In this document: piece after piece, positions 8,900 to 18,365 of the stretch
Numbering within the stretch: position 1 is the first letter of the stretch
How the letters are laid out: each line of letters opens with the position of its first letter
IMG/VR virus record: IMGVR_UViG_3300035698_007174
Span: 4,684 to 68,683 of that record
DNA length: 64,000 bases
From: a virus
Reading direction: 5' to 3' (one strand)
Notes under the pieces: model-generated
Told to the model about the DNA's origin: nothing
The model's input: the letters and a program-made list of their open reading frames with translations, nothing else
Databases searched by the model: none
Program-made: the position numbers and the translations under genes

Positions 8900-10150
8900 G
8901 AATTTTTTTTCAGAGGGGGCAATCTGTTCGCTGTTCGCAAACCCAGAACAGTTCCCCAAAACCTCACAGCTCAATTTTTTCCCAGGGGATATACGCTTTT
9001 TCCGTTTACGACTAGCCCTACAAAGCGAGTTTATATTTAGGATGGTGGGGGAACTCTAAGTACCGTTCCAGACTCCAAGCCAAACCAACTTCTAGCTTCT
9101 AGGTCCAGAAGGTAATTCGTCTACGGCCAGCAGCAGGACAAGAGAAGTGTAGGAGCGTAATTTTTGCGGTGAGTGACAGTCGTACTCATATACGAAAAGT
9201 CGCTGACAATACTCACACTCCATCTAAGCACTTGGCATGGTACTTACTATCACTTAGACTTGACATAGTTGGTACATGGTATGGTATAAAACTACATACT
9301 ATACAATTAAGTACAGTACAATATAGAGATAGGGTAATACCCCTTGTTTTTTTTGGTTGTCTGTTATGATACATAGTATAGTATTATACAACAGTATATA
9401 AATAGTGTGTAGTATTACTATAGTATACTCTCTCTTTATATCTTCCCTTAGATGGGCATTAGATAGGTATACTTTATTCTATATTGTTATCAGGGTATTA
9501 CTACTACATACCTGTTATACAATACCATATCACTATGCCCTTGTTATACAGTACCATACCCCCACTACACCTGGCCTTACTATATTGTATCACCTTGCTA
9601 AATGTAAGCTATGTCTAACTTTATTGTATTAACTTAACACTTGTTCTACCTGGCTGCCTTTATTGTATCAACTTGACAAAAGGGAGACAGGGCATACAAT
9701 CCTTGCAATTTTTTACCCCTACTCTATTACAACACCTATCCTTACTACACACTACACACTATACTTATCCACTACTATCCATACTATATACATAACACTA
9801 TACTATACACTATGTATGGATAGACTTAATATAGTACTACCGTATATACTTAATTAGGTACGTCTTATTTCCTGGTAGTCTCTTCTCTATTTATTTCTTT
9901 TATAGGTGTAAACTTATTGGCATTGTGGTTGCTAGTGTATACAGTGTTTTAAAGTGGTCTATATGGCTTTATAGTGTGCAATAGTACAAGTATAAATCTA
10001 TTATTGAAATATAGACTAGTTGTAACTTGTGTTATATAGGATAGTTATGGAGTTTTAATTGTTTATATCTGCTTTTATTGTCTGGAATAGCTCTTTTTTT
10101 GTCTTATATGGTGTTTTTATGGTGTTTTAGTTGTTTAGTACTGTAAAGTA
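8900..10150. other. Non-coding low-complexity region, candidate genome terminus/packaging region
   Basis: No credible ORFs; (T)ACTA(C/T)-rich tracts; lies between the late-operon start and the early genes. Confidence 0.45.
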
Positions 10151-10160
10151 ATCAAAGCAT

Positions 10161-10190
10161 AAAAAAAGAGGGTTTTTAATACCCTCTTTT
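10161..10190 (-). terminator. Intrinsic terminator (could act on both strands)
   Basis: AAAAAAAGAGGGT-TTTTAAT-ACCCTCTTTT just past the stop of 10206..10409. Confidence 0.8.
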
Positions 10191-10205
10191 GATTGTCTAG
10201 TCTAT

Positions 10206-10409
10206 TTAAATATATAGACTGTTTAAAACATACTTTTTATGGAATATATCATACTTGTATAAATGAGTAATAAACCTATTGTTTACTTTAAGCCAATTTT
10301 CAAATTTTTCATCTCCATTAAAATAGTTTTTATGAGCTTCATTTCTATAGCCTATTACTCTGTATATAATGTCTATTCTTGGCATTTTTAAACCTCCTGA
10401 AATGTCCAA
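10206..10409 (-). CDS. Early hypothetical protein
   Basis: AGGAGG RBS before MPRID (probable start 10385). Confidence 0.55.
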   Translation of the reverse strand: MDISGGLKMPRIDIIYRVIGYRNEAHKNYFNGDEKFENWLKVNNRFITHLYKYDIFHKKYVLNSLYI

Positions 10410-10645
10410 TCATGTAAACTGAGTAAACTAATAAATTTATCGAGTAACAGATTCAATTCTATATCCTTATTTGCATAGACTTTAAAAGGGATATGTTTTG
10501 AAGTATTCAAAGAATAATTGATATGTCCTAATTTACCAATATATGAATTAACATGAATTTGGTTGTTATGAATTCGGATTTTAAAAGAATAGTCCTTATC
10601 CATAAATTTTGTGAATTCCTCAAATTGATCAATTGTAATTAACAT
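10388..10645 (-). CDS. Early hypothetical protein
   Basis: AGGAGG RBS and promoter directly upstream. Confidence 0.65.
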   Translation of the reverse strand: MLITIDQFEEFTKFMDKDYSFKIRIHNNQIHVNSYIGKLGHINYSLNTSKHIPFKVYANKDIELNLLLDKFISLLSLHDWTFQEV

Positions 10646-10651
10646 AATATA

Positions 10652-10677
10652 AACCTCCTATCTATAATTATACCATA
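10652..10677 (-). promoter_or_regulatory. Early promoter+RBS cassette, copy 1
   Basis: Minus strand TATGGTATAATTATAGATAGGAGGTT (extended -10 plus SD); near-identical copy at 11657. Confidence 0.7.
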
Positions 10678-11656
10678 GAATGACACACTATACCAGATAA
10701 ATGTTATTAATAAAAAAAAGAGTATGTTTTATTATGATCAATTCCGGTTATCAATCAATAGGTTACATACTCTCTTTTATCAGTTATTATTTGTTTTAAA
10801 TTTGTTAATATTATATTTGTTTATATGGTCTATTTTGTCAAGTTTCCATTTCATTACCCTCATTTTTATACAGTTAATAATTATAGGGATATCAGTTGTG
10901 ACAATAAATTGTTGCTAGTGTATCACTAGACTTTGTTTAATTGATTGTTTTGTCCTCCTATCTCTTTTAATTGGTTAGCGTTAAACCAGGCTTTACTATT
11001 TACCAGTTGTTTAATTATACCCCCTATATTCATTTATTTTTAATTATATTTTCTTTTATATATTCTAGTTCTGATATTATACAATTTAAAACACTCAATT
11101 GACTTTCTATCAATTTCAATAATGAATTATTACTAGTATTACAATACACTTGAAATACATCTTTTTTTATCTCAGTGTAGTACTGAATTCTTTTATCAAT
11201 TAGAATCATAATCGACCTCCATTTATACCTGTTTTTATCCTTCTATTTACTATGCGATAATTAGCAGTATGGTAATCACCTTGGAGTACTATCACATATT
11301 CAAATTTATTATGTTTCATCTTAATACCTCTCTTTTTAGTAATAGATAGCATTTATTACTAATTGCTTTAATCCAAGTTTCCCGATCTGCTTTACAAGTA
11401 AATGAATATACAATTTTACTTTTTCTATTGTCTTTCCTTCTAATCACCAGTTGATATAATTTTTGTTTTCTCATTTAATTTACTCCTTCTGTCATTTTTC
11501 TATAAGATAAATAAAATTGACGTGCGTTTCTCATAATCCAATTCGTAACCACCATTGACCTATTACTCCCAATTACACTATGAGATTTTAGATAATAAGT
11601 AATAGTCAATGATTGACAGTGTAAAAACTGTTTTTCTTCAATTCGTGTCATGTTGT

Positions 11657-11682
11657 AACCTCCTATCTATAATTATATCATA
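11657..11682 (-). promoter_or_regulatory. Early promoter+RBS cassette, copy 2
   Basis: Minus strand TATGATATAATTATAGATAGGAGGTT, 25/26 identical to copy 1; precedes a ~50-aa ORF (MTRIEEKQ...) starting at 11651. Confidence 0.7.
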
Positions 11683-11823
11683 ATTAGAAATATATACAAC
11701 TAAATAATAATATCGTGAATTTATTTAAAAAAAGTGTATTTTTTTTATATTTATTTATACCATTAAAAATAGTTAGGTAGTATTTAATTAATAGTATATA
11801 ATAGTAAATAGGAGGTATTATTA

Positions 11824-12054
11824 ATGAAGCATAAAAAGCAGTATATCAGGAAAGAAGAGGTAATTGATTATTATACTCGGTTTATACTTAATCAATTAAG
11901 GGAAGAAGAAAATTATTATAATTGTAAAGACTACTCGAAAAGAAGACTTCTTTATAATAATTTAATTGATGGATTAATTAAAGATGGTGTCTTAACAGAA
12001 AATCAATTCAATAATTGGAATATTCCAAAATTCTTGGATAACGGTAGTAAATAA
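11824..12054 (+). CDS. Early hypothetical protein
   Basis: TATAAT and AGGAGG upstream; IDGLIKDGVLTENQFNNW resembles small phage early proteins. Confidence 0.7.
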   Translation: MKHKKQYIRKEEVIDYYTRFILNQLREEENYYNCKDYSKRRLLYNNLIDGLIKDGVLTENQFNNWNIPKFLDNGSK

Positions 12055-12069
12055 AAAGGAGTGTAAAGA

Positions 12070-12465
12070 ATGACAATACAGGAAATTGAAAAGAGTATAT
12101 CTGAAAATTATGATTTTAAATTAACTATTTTTGGTAATCCTACAATGAACGGTCAAGGGATAGAAGGAATTGAAAAAGAGTATACTATTGATGGTGTTAT
12201 TCATATTGAAGAAATAGACTTATATTATTTGATAGAGATAATACAAGAAAGTTGTCCTATATTTGAAATTTATGAATGTAGTTTTTATTTTAGTTGTATT
12301 TCAAATAGAGGAGGAATTTGTTTATTACTTGACTATGATATAGATATTATAAACGGTGAAATTGAAACTAATTTGCTAGATTATATGGATTTAATTCCTT
12401 TACATTTTGAATATTATACAAGGGAAGAATTAAAAGAGATAGCAGAAAATCAGGAGGTAAATTAG
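12070..12465 (+). CDS. Early acidic hypothetical protein
   Basis: AAGGAG RBS; 131 aa. Confidence 0.65.
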   Translation: MTIQEIEKSISENYDFKLTIFGNPTMNGQGIEGIEKEYTIDGVIHIEEIDLYYLIEIIQESCPIFEIYECSFYFSCISNRGGICLLLDYDIDIINGEIETNLLDYMDLIPLHFEYYTREELKEIAENQEVN

Positions 12466-12466
12466 T

Positions 12467-12874
12467 ATGTTAGAAAATATTAAAATCAATACTGGATTAA
12501 TGGGAATTATAAAACCTAATTGGGATAATAAAAATGATCATTTTAAATACAGAATTTCTATCACTTATAATGGAATTCGTACTTCTTTTGTTTACTATAC
12601 CTCAGTTATGGATTATAGAGAGAATAAAAGGAAATTAACAAAGCATGATAAAAGTTTCTCCCTTCAATGTTTTATTAATGATTGTTTAATCTGTTGTGAT
12701 TATGACATTGAAGAATTTTTAATTGAATTCGGACATACTGGAAATTCAACAGAATTAAAACAGGGATTTACTGCTTTTAAAGAGTGTAAAAAATCATTAA
12801 AAAAAGCCTTAAAGCTATTTACCGAAGATGAATTATATCAATTGAGTACTGAAATTTATAAATTAGAATTATAA
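12467..12874 (+). CDS. Early hypothetical protein
   Basis: AGGAGG RBS; 135 aa. Confidence 0.65.
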   Translation: MLENIKINTGLMGIIKPNWDNKNDHFKYRISITYNGIRTSFVYYTSVMDYRENKRKLTKHDKSFSLQCFINDCLICCDYDIEEFLIEFGHTGNSTELKQGFTAFKECKKSLKKALKLFTEDELYQLSTEIYKLEL

Positions 12875-12895
12875 ACAATTCATAGTTTATACAAT

Positions 12896-12923
12896 AGGCC
12901 GGATATTAAATTATCTGGCCTTT
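12896..12923 (+). terminator. Intrinsic terminator
   Basis: AGGCCGGATA-TTAAAT-TATCTGGCCT followed by T run. Confidence 0.6.
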
Positions 12924-13254
12924 CCAGGTGAAAAGATAATTTATACTAAGAAATAAATTCCAGATAACTATTATATTAAAAAATAATATCGAATTATTTA
13001 TTGACAGTATACCAGTTTTTACAATGAATAAAAATTATGTTACTTATGATTTTTTAATTGATCTGATTAAAAAAATTACTGATAATATAGGCAAGGGAAT
13101 TATACCAGAATTATAATTTTTTGATACTATTTACATTTTAATTATTTTCTGATTTATTGATAGTTTGAATTAATAACAAATTCAGATTATCCCACTAATT
13201 TTAATTATTCAAAAGTTTAAAAGAATAACTAAAGTTAGAATACACTAACAAATG

Positions 13255-13352
13255 TAAGCCCAGGCTTACTAGGTAAGGCCAGGTTTACCCTGGGCCAGGG
13301 GAGAAATTTATTATAAAAAAATCCATGATCTCCATGAGAATCTCCATGAGAA
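13255..13352. repeat. Cluster of short palindromes and direct repeats
   Basis: GTAAGCC-CA-GGCTTAC, GGTAAGGCCAGGTTTACC, CCCTGG-G-CCAGGG; then ATCTCCATGAGAA twice. Confidence 0.7.
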
Positions 13353-13662
13353 TTTTGAAAAAATAAGTATAATAGGAGATTGCATGAAAATTGATTTTAG
13401 TTCCATACTTAATTTTACCGGAGGATTGCAAAATATTTTGAAAAAAAATGAAAAAAATAAATATATTAAAAAAAAGTTTGCATAGAGCTATTAACTATGT
13501 TATCATAAACTATGGACTAAAAGAATATTGATGATATTCTAACGGCTATTTGATATGGATTAAGTTTTAAGAATGAATTAAGTTTTAAGATTATCTAAAA
13601 AAATCTTAAGATTTTCATCTTGAAATTTAGGGTATAAGGGTACAAAATGGAGGTATACTACT

Positions 13663-13912
13663 ATGACAGTAAGAATATGAAGGGTTCGGATTTACTAAGC
13701 AAGAGAGAAAGATTGCAAAGTCTTTATTTTCACAAGGCTTTGAAATGGGTAATAATGTCAATTTTTATAAAGATGGTATGGAAATAATATTTACTGATTT
13801 TAAGAATTTGTCAATTTACCAGTACAATAAATCAATAGATGATATGGAGTATTTATTTACCATACCATTAAAAGGTTATACAGGAATAATAAATAAAAAG
13901 GAGATAAAATAA
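13663..13912 (+). pseudogene. Frameshifted ~82-aa gene upstream of the beta-clamp
   Basis: GGAGG RBS, then ATG ACA GTA AGA ATA TGA; removing 1 nt opens EYEGFGFTKQERKIAK...KEIK* ending just before the clamp start. Confidence 0.55.
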
Positions 13913-13914
13913 TT

Positions 13915-14970
13915 ATGACAGTCAACAGAAAACAACTTTTAACAGATCTTACTAAGGTACAAAAATTCGTATCCACTAAAAACTCTCTATCAATTCTATC
14001 TCATATTTCATTTAAGGAAAATGAATTGATAGTAGTAAGCAATGAAAATGAAGTCCATATCGATAATTTGGATATTGAGGGTGATTTTTGTGTAGACTTT
14101 TTCAAACTACAAAAAGCATTGAAAAACTTAAAATCGGAATATGTAGATATTATACCTGAAAACAATTATCAACTAACTATTGTTGATGGTAAAAGGAAAG
14201 TTGAAATTGCTATTCTTCCCAATGAAAAGTTTCCTAATCTGGTGAAAGAAGACAATTCTATTATTAGTTCTAAAGAAGTTGTATTGCTCAACAATATTCA
14301 GGTTAATACTTTACTTAATACAACAAGTAAATCAGAAAGTAGAAGGTTTGTATCTGGAATATTTTTTGATGGTGAAAACTTTGTGAGTACAGATGGAAAA
14401 CAATTAACAACAGTTAAACCTACAACATATATTTCAGATATTGAAGATACTGAAATTGTTGTCAATTACTCTGCTTTAAGTTCTGTTAAACAGGTTAAAA
14501 ATGAAATGTATCTTTTTGCTTTTTCTGAAAAGTATACAAAAATTCAATATCAAAATGTTACTATTTATGGTAGAAATATTGAAGGGAACTTTCCTCCTTA
14601 TAAAAGAGTAATTCCTTCTGATATTGATAATTTTGCTCATATCTCTGTTAAAAAATCTGAATTGATAGAAGAATTAAAATATATCAAAAACTTATCAGAT
14701 CATGAAGGTAGAAAGATGATAGCAAGGATTAAACCAACAAAGATAGACATTAGTAGTGATTGCAACAATAAACAAGTAAGTACTTCCATTGTTTGCACTA
14801 CAGATATTGTTGTGGATATTGCTTTGAACTATGAATTTATATTGAACTTTCTAACAGTAACTAAAGACTTGCATTCATGTTGTGATATTTATATTAAAGA
14901 TGGCAGATCAGCAATATTGTTTAAAGATACTTACGGAATTACTTATCTTTGTATGCCAATGACTTATTAA
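13915..14970 (+). CDS. dnaN: DNA polymerase III beta sliding clamp
   Basis: 351 aa; NSLSILSHI, VSTDGKQL, IEGNFPPYKRVIP, ALNYEFIL, C-terminal YLCMPM. Confidence 0.92.
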   Translation: MTVNRKQLLTDLTKVQKFVSTKNSLSILSHISFKENELIVVSNENEVHIDNLDIEGDFCVDFFKLQKALKNLKSEYVDIIPENNYQLTIVDGKRKVEIAILPNEKFPNLVKEDNSIISSKEVVLLNNIQVNTLLNTTSKSESRRFVSGIFFDGENFVSTDGKQLTTVKPTTYISDIEDTEIVVNYSALSSVKQVKNEMYLFAFSEKYTKIQYQNVTIYGRNIEGNFPPYKRVIPSDIDNFAHISVKKSELIEELKYIKNLSDHEGRKMIARIKPTKIDISSDCNNKQVSTSIVCTTDIVVDIALNYEFILNFLTVTKDLHSCCDIYIKDGRSAILFKDTYGITYLCMPMTY

Positions 14971-15055
14971 AATGGAATACTTAATTATTATAACGGTACT
15001 GATAATATTCAGTACCGGACTTTATTACTTTATAAAATATAGATAAGGAGACAAT

Positions 15056-15214
15056 ATGGAAAATATGCTAATTACCGAAGAAGAATATAAAGGTTATACT
15101 TTTAAGATTTATTATGATGAGATTGGAGAAAATCCTAGAGATTGGGATACTGAAATGAGAAGAGAAAGATTAAATGGTAATGAATTTCGTCAATTTGACT
15201 ATTGTTTAGTATAA
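15056..15214 (+). CDS. 52-aa hypothetical protein not in the track
   Basis: AAGGAG RBS; MENMLITEEEYKGYTFKIYYDEIGENPRDWD... Confidence 0.5.
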   Translation: MENMLITEEEYKGYTFKIYYDEIGENPRDWDTEMRRERLNGNEFRQFDYCLV

Positions 15215-15438
15215 AAGGAGAAATTATGAAACATTGCAAAAAACTAGTGACTATAAAAGTATATAATGAAAGAAAGACTATGTTTATTGTCTACCATGAT
15301 TATTGGATTAATGTTTACGGATTTACCACTTGTCAAAATCATGATAAAAAAAAGGTTATGTGTAGTGAATGGGGCTTTACTACACTTAAACAAACTATAA
15401 CTACTATCAACAGTGAATTACAGGAGGTTATAATATGA
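15202..15438 (+). CDS. Early hypothetical protein
   Basis: AAGGAG RBS before MKHCKK. Confidence 0.55.
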   Translation: MFSIKGEIMKHCKKLVTIKVYNERKTMFIVYHDYWINVYGFTTCQNHDKKKVMCSEWGFTTLKQTITTINSELQEVII

Positions 15439-15662
15439 CAATAAGAAAACATTTTGAGGACTTTTTTCCTGAATTTTTAGATGAAAATTACACTTGTTTT
15501 TCTGATTATTTAGAAGATCAGGGATTTACTGAAACTGAAGTTGAAGATATATCTAAAAAATATCCAAAGTACTTTGATGATAGTAAGTACAGTTATTATT
15601 TAAGCGAAAAGGAAATAATAAATCAGTTAGACAATGATTATTCATTTATGACAATAATATAA
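15435..15662 (+). CDS. Early acidic hypothetical protein
   Basis: AGGAGG RBS; D/E-rich. Confidence 0.6.
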   Translation: MTIRKHFEDFFPEFLDENYTCFSDYLEDQGFTETEVEDISKKYPKYFDDSKYSYYLSEKEIINQLDNDYSFMTII

Positions 15663-15671
15663 GGAGACAAT

Positions 15672-15989
15672 ATGAAACAATATACAAAATGGTGGAATTA
15701 CGGGAAATATTCAAGTGGGAATTATGGTACTAACACACTAGCTTTTCAAGACAGTCAAGGAAATTGTTTTTGGTATTCTTATAATACACTTGTTGCTTTT
15801 AGAAAAACTTGTCACTCTCTTGTTGCTTTTAGAAAAACTTGTCACTCTCTTGTTATTCATGAAAATGTATGGGGTATTACAACAGGAAAACATTTAAATT
15901 GGATAGATGATGATCATAAAATCAGGGTAGACAGTACAGAATTTGAAAAGAAATATGAAGAATATTTTGGTCAGGAGGATACAAAATGA
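15672..15989 (+). CDS. Early hypothetical protein with 10-aa tandem duplication
   Basis: YSYNTLVAF and WGITTGKHLNWID motifs of small phage proteins; LVAFRKTCHS twice. Confidence 0.7.
   Translation: MKQYTKWWNYGKYSSGNYGTNTLAFQDSQGNCFWYSYNTLVAFRKTCHSLVAFRKTCHSLVIHENVWGITTGKHLNWIDDDHKIRVDSTEFEKKYEEYFGQEDTK
15789..15854. repeat. Perfect 30-bp tandem duplication
   Basis: CTTGTTGCTTTTAGAAAAACTTGTCACTCT twice plus CTTGTT. Confidence 0.95.
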
Positions 15990-16225
15990 AAGTAAATAAA
16001 ATGAATAGAATATTAACTGCTCAATATCTGAATAAGCAAATTGAAGAATGGAAAGAAGCTTGTCAGTTATCAGACGATATATTGGTGAATAAAGAAAAAG
16101 AATTTTATTATGGTATGTTATCTGACTGGGAAATAGACAATCATAAAGCAGACAATGATTTATTCCATGAAACATTACAATCATTTATAACATTAAAAAA
16201 TTTACATAATATGGAGGTAGAATAA
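15986..16225 (+). CDS. Early hypothetical protein
   Basis: AGGAGG RBS; ATGA overlap. Confidence 0.6.
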   Translation: MKVNKMNRILTAQYLNKQIEEWKEACQLSDDILVNKEKEFYYGMLSDWEIDNHKADNDLFHETLQSFITLKNLHNMEVE

Positions 16226-16226
16226 T

Positions 16227-16591
16227 ATGGAAAAATTACAATGGAGTTTAGATGAACTAAAAGATCAATTGAGTGATTTACAATGTCAATTGGGTGAGAC
16301 ACAAACAAAACTTGACGATTTAGAAATTGATCCAGATGAATATGAGGATAGTTATATTGACTGCTTAGATGATCAGGGTGATGTGATTATAGGTAGTTTG
16401 CGTTATAGTCCTTCAAGAGTATTGAGAGAAGTTGATCCCATTGCATATAGATGTGGTTTAAATGACTAGTGGATAGTATTGAAATTGAAGAGACTGTGGA
16501 TTATAAAGATTTACAAAATGAAATTGATGATCTTGAAACTGAGATATTTGATAAAAAAGAAGAAATTGAAGAAATGGAGGATACATTATGA
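16227..16591 (+). pseudogene. Highly acidic protein interrupted by an apparent 1-nt deletion near 16468
   Basis: ...DPIAYRCGLND* continues in the shifted frame as VDSIEIEETVDYKDLQNEIDDLETEI...EDTL*, overlapping the next ATG. Confidence 0.65.
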
Positions 16592-16878
16592 GTATAAGAA
16601 TAAAATTGATTTGTGGAGAAGTTGAGGTTAAGGATTGTGGTTTTCAAAAAGAAGTTGAATTGCATTATGTAGATGAAAATATTTTAGTTCACCAGGTTTT
16701 ACAAGAGATTGAAGTTTGTGACTTAATTGAGGATATTGGAGTAGAGAAAATACTGGAAACTTTGGAAGATGAAATTATCTTTATGGGTGATATTGAAAGT
16801 CTATTGGATTATGTTGTCAAAAACTATGATCATGAGCTAATCAAAGAAAAATTAGATGATCAGGAGGTTTTATTATGA
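16588..16878 (+). CDS. Early acidic hypothetical protein
   Basis: GGAGG RBS. Confidence 0.6.
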   Translation: MSIRIKLICGEVEVKDCGFQKEVELHYVDENILVHQVLQEIEVCDLIEDIGVEKILETLEDEIIFMGDIESLLDYVVKNYDHELIKEKLDDQEVLL

Positions 16879-17336
16879 AAATAACTAAAGAGACAATCGA
16901 AGCAATGGACAAATTTCTAGTTTCTACGAGTAATTTATTAGCTCGATGGAATCATGATCAAAATGATTTTGACTTGGTAGAAGACTATCCTTTCGAAAAT
17001 GATTTTCAATCTGTTCTTACTGGCGTAAGTGAATGGTATTTAACACAAGTGAAAATAAGAGAAGAACAGCAAAAACCGACCATTGAAAAAATACTCAGAA
17101 AACTACAGAAAGAAAATGTAATAAGTGGTTATCTAGTCTCCCATAAACCGAAAACACCAGAAATTACAGATCTTCATATAAATGTTATGTTTAATGGGGT
17201 AAAATACAATTCAAATGTACCCATATGGTCTGATAAATTAAATGATTATTACAAAATGAATAGTATGATAGCTGAAATGTTAGATGAAATTCACCTTGAA
17301 ATTAAACAAGCAATAATAAAAGGATTAAAAAAATGA
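16875..17336 (+). CDS. Hypothetical protein
   Basis: AGGAGG RBS; ATGA overlap. Confidence 0.65.
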   Translation: MKITKETIEAMDKFLVSTSNLLARWNHDQNDFDLVEDYPFENDFQSVLTGVSEWYLTQVKIREEQQKPTIEKILRKLQKENVISGYLVSHKPKTPEITDLHINVMFNGVKYNSNVPIWSDKLNDYYKMNSMIAEMLDEIHLEIKQAIIKGLKK

Positions 17337-17512
17337 ATATTTTTAATACTAATAATTTGCATGGTTTTATAATTAAAAAGCAAACTAAGCAATCAAAAAA
17401 AGAAAGAGTCAATAGAGATATTTTTTATTCGCACTGTTGGGGGTGGTTAGGAAATAGGGGCAGATTTGACAGAAGAACATGGAGAAAGAAGAAATAATCA
17501 GGAGGTTTTATT

Positions 17513-17887
17513 ATGAAGTTCTCAAAGATAGATAGAGATCTGAAGACTAGAGAATACTTTGATAGATATTATCATTGGTTAATAAATAAAGGAGACAAAA
17601 AACAGTTATTTGACATAGACCAGGAAATACAAGCAAAAGAAATTGAACTTCATTTAGAAAATCATCCTGAGGTTCAAGATCAGAATAAAGAGACAATCAA
17701 TTGGGTAATTAAAAATGCCGGAAAGTTTCGGAACTTTATAAATTCAGTTAAAGAACTTGCGATATTTATGTATTTTATTCAAAATGTCGATCCAGAATGT
17801 AACAATGAAAAATTTGATGAAAACTATGACAAGATGATCGAGTTGTATAATGATTTGAAAGATAATTTAATTGACAGTATTTATTAA
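17513..17887 (+). CDS. Hypothetical protein
   Basis: AGGAGG RBS. Confidence 0.6.
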   Translation: MKFSKIDRDLKTREYFDRYYHWLINKGDKKQLFDIDQEIQAKEIELHLENHPEVQDQNKETINWVIKNAGKFRNFINSVKELAIFMYFIQNVDPECNNEKFDENYDKMIELYNDLKDNLIDSIY

Positions 17888-17897
17888 GGAGTTTAAA

Positions 17898-18365
17898 ATG
17901 GTACAAGAGTATAAACAATATGAAAAGATGATATGGAAAAATGCTTTGAACTTTTACCATAGAACTAACAATAGAATTGAACTTGACGATTTAGTAGCGG
18001 AAGGAAACTTAATTTTTATCAAAGCATTCAAAACCTATGATCCTGAAAAAGCAGTATTCTCAACTTATCTACACACCTGTTTGCAATCGAAACTTCGGAG
18101 TTTTTGGAAAAACTACCATAGACAAGTTAATACTGTAGATGATCCAATTGAAGATTTTGAGTTCCCTGTAGATCAAACTCCAATTGTAGTTGTTGATCAG
18201 GATTGCCAATTTGTTATTAATTTAGTTAAGACACAAGATGATTCTATTCTTTCAACTAAAGACAAAGTAACAAAGCAAAAATTGTATATCCATTTAAAAG
18301 AGATTGGATGGAGAAGAAACAGGATACTAAATTCTTTCCAGAAGATTAGAGAAGAAGTTTTATGA
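17898..18365 (+). CDS. Sigma70 region-2 domain protein (phage sigma-like transcription factor)
   Basis: ELDDLVAEGNLIFIKAFKTYDPEKAVFSTY region 2 signature; AAGGAG before the ATG at 17898. Confidence 0.8.
   Translation: MVQEYKQYEKMIWKNALNFYHRTNNRIELDDLVAEGNLIFIKAFKTYDPEKAVFSTYLHTCLQSKLRSFWKNYHRQVNTVDDPIEDFEFPVDQTPIVVVDQDCQFVINLVKTQDDSILSTKDKVTKQKLYIHLKEIGWRRNRILNSFQKIREEVL

Noticed and set aside
9300-9870. CRISPR array or the short plus-strand ORFs in the low-complexity tract
   Set aside because: No constant repeat with regular spacers; the ORFs lack RBSs and merely reflect biased composition.
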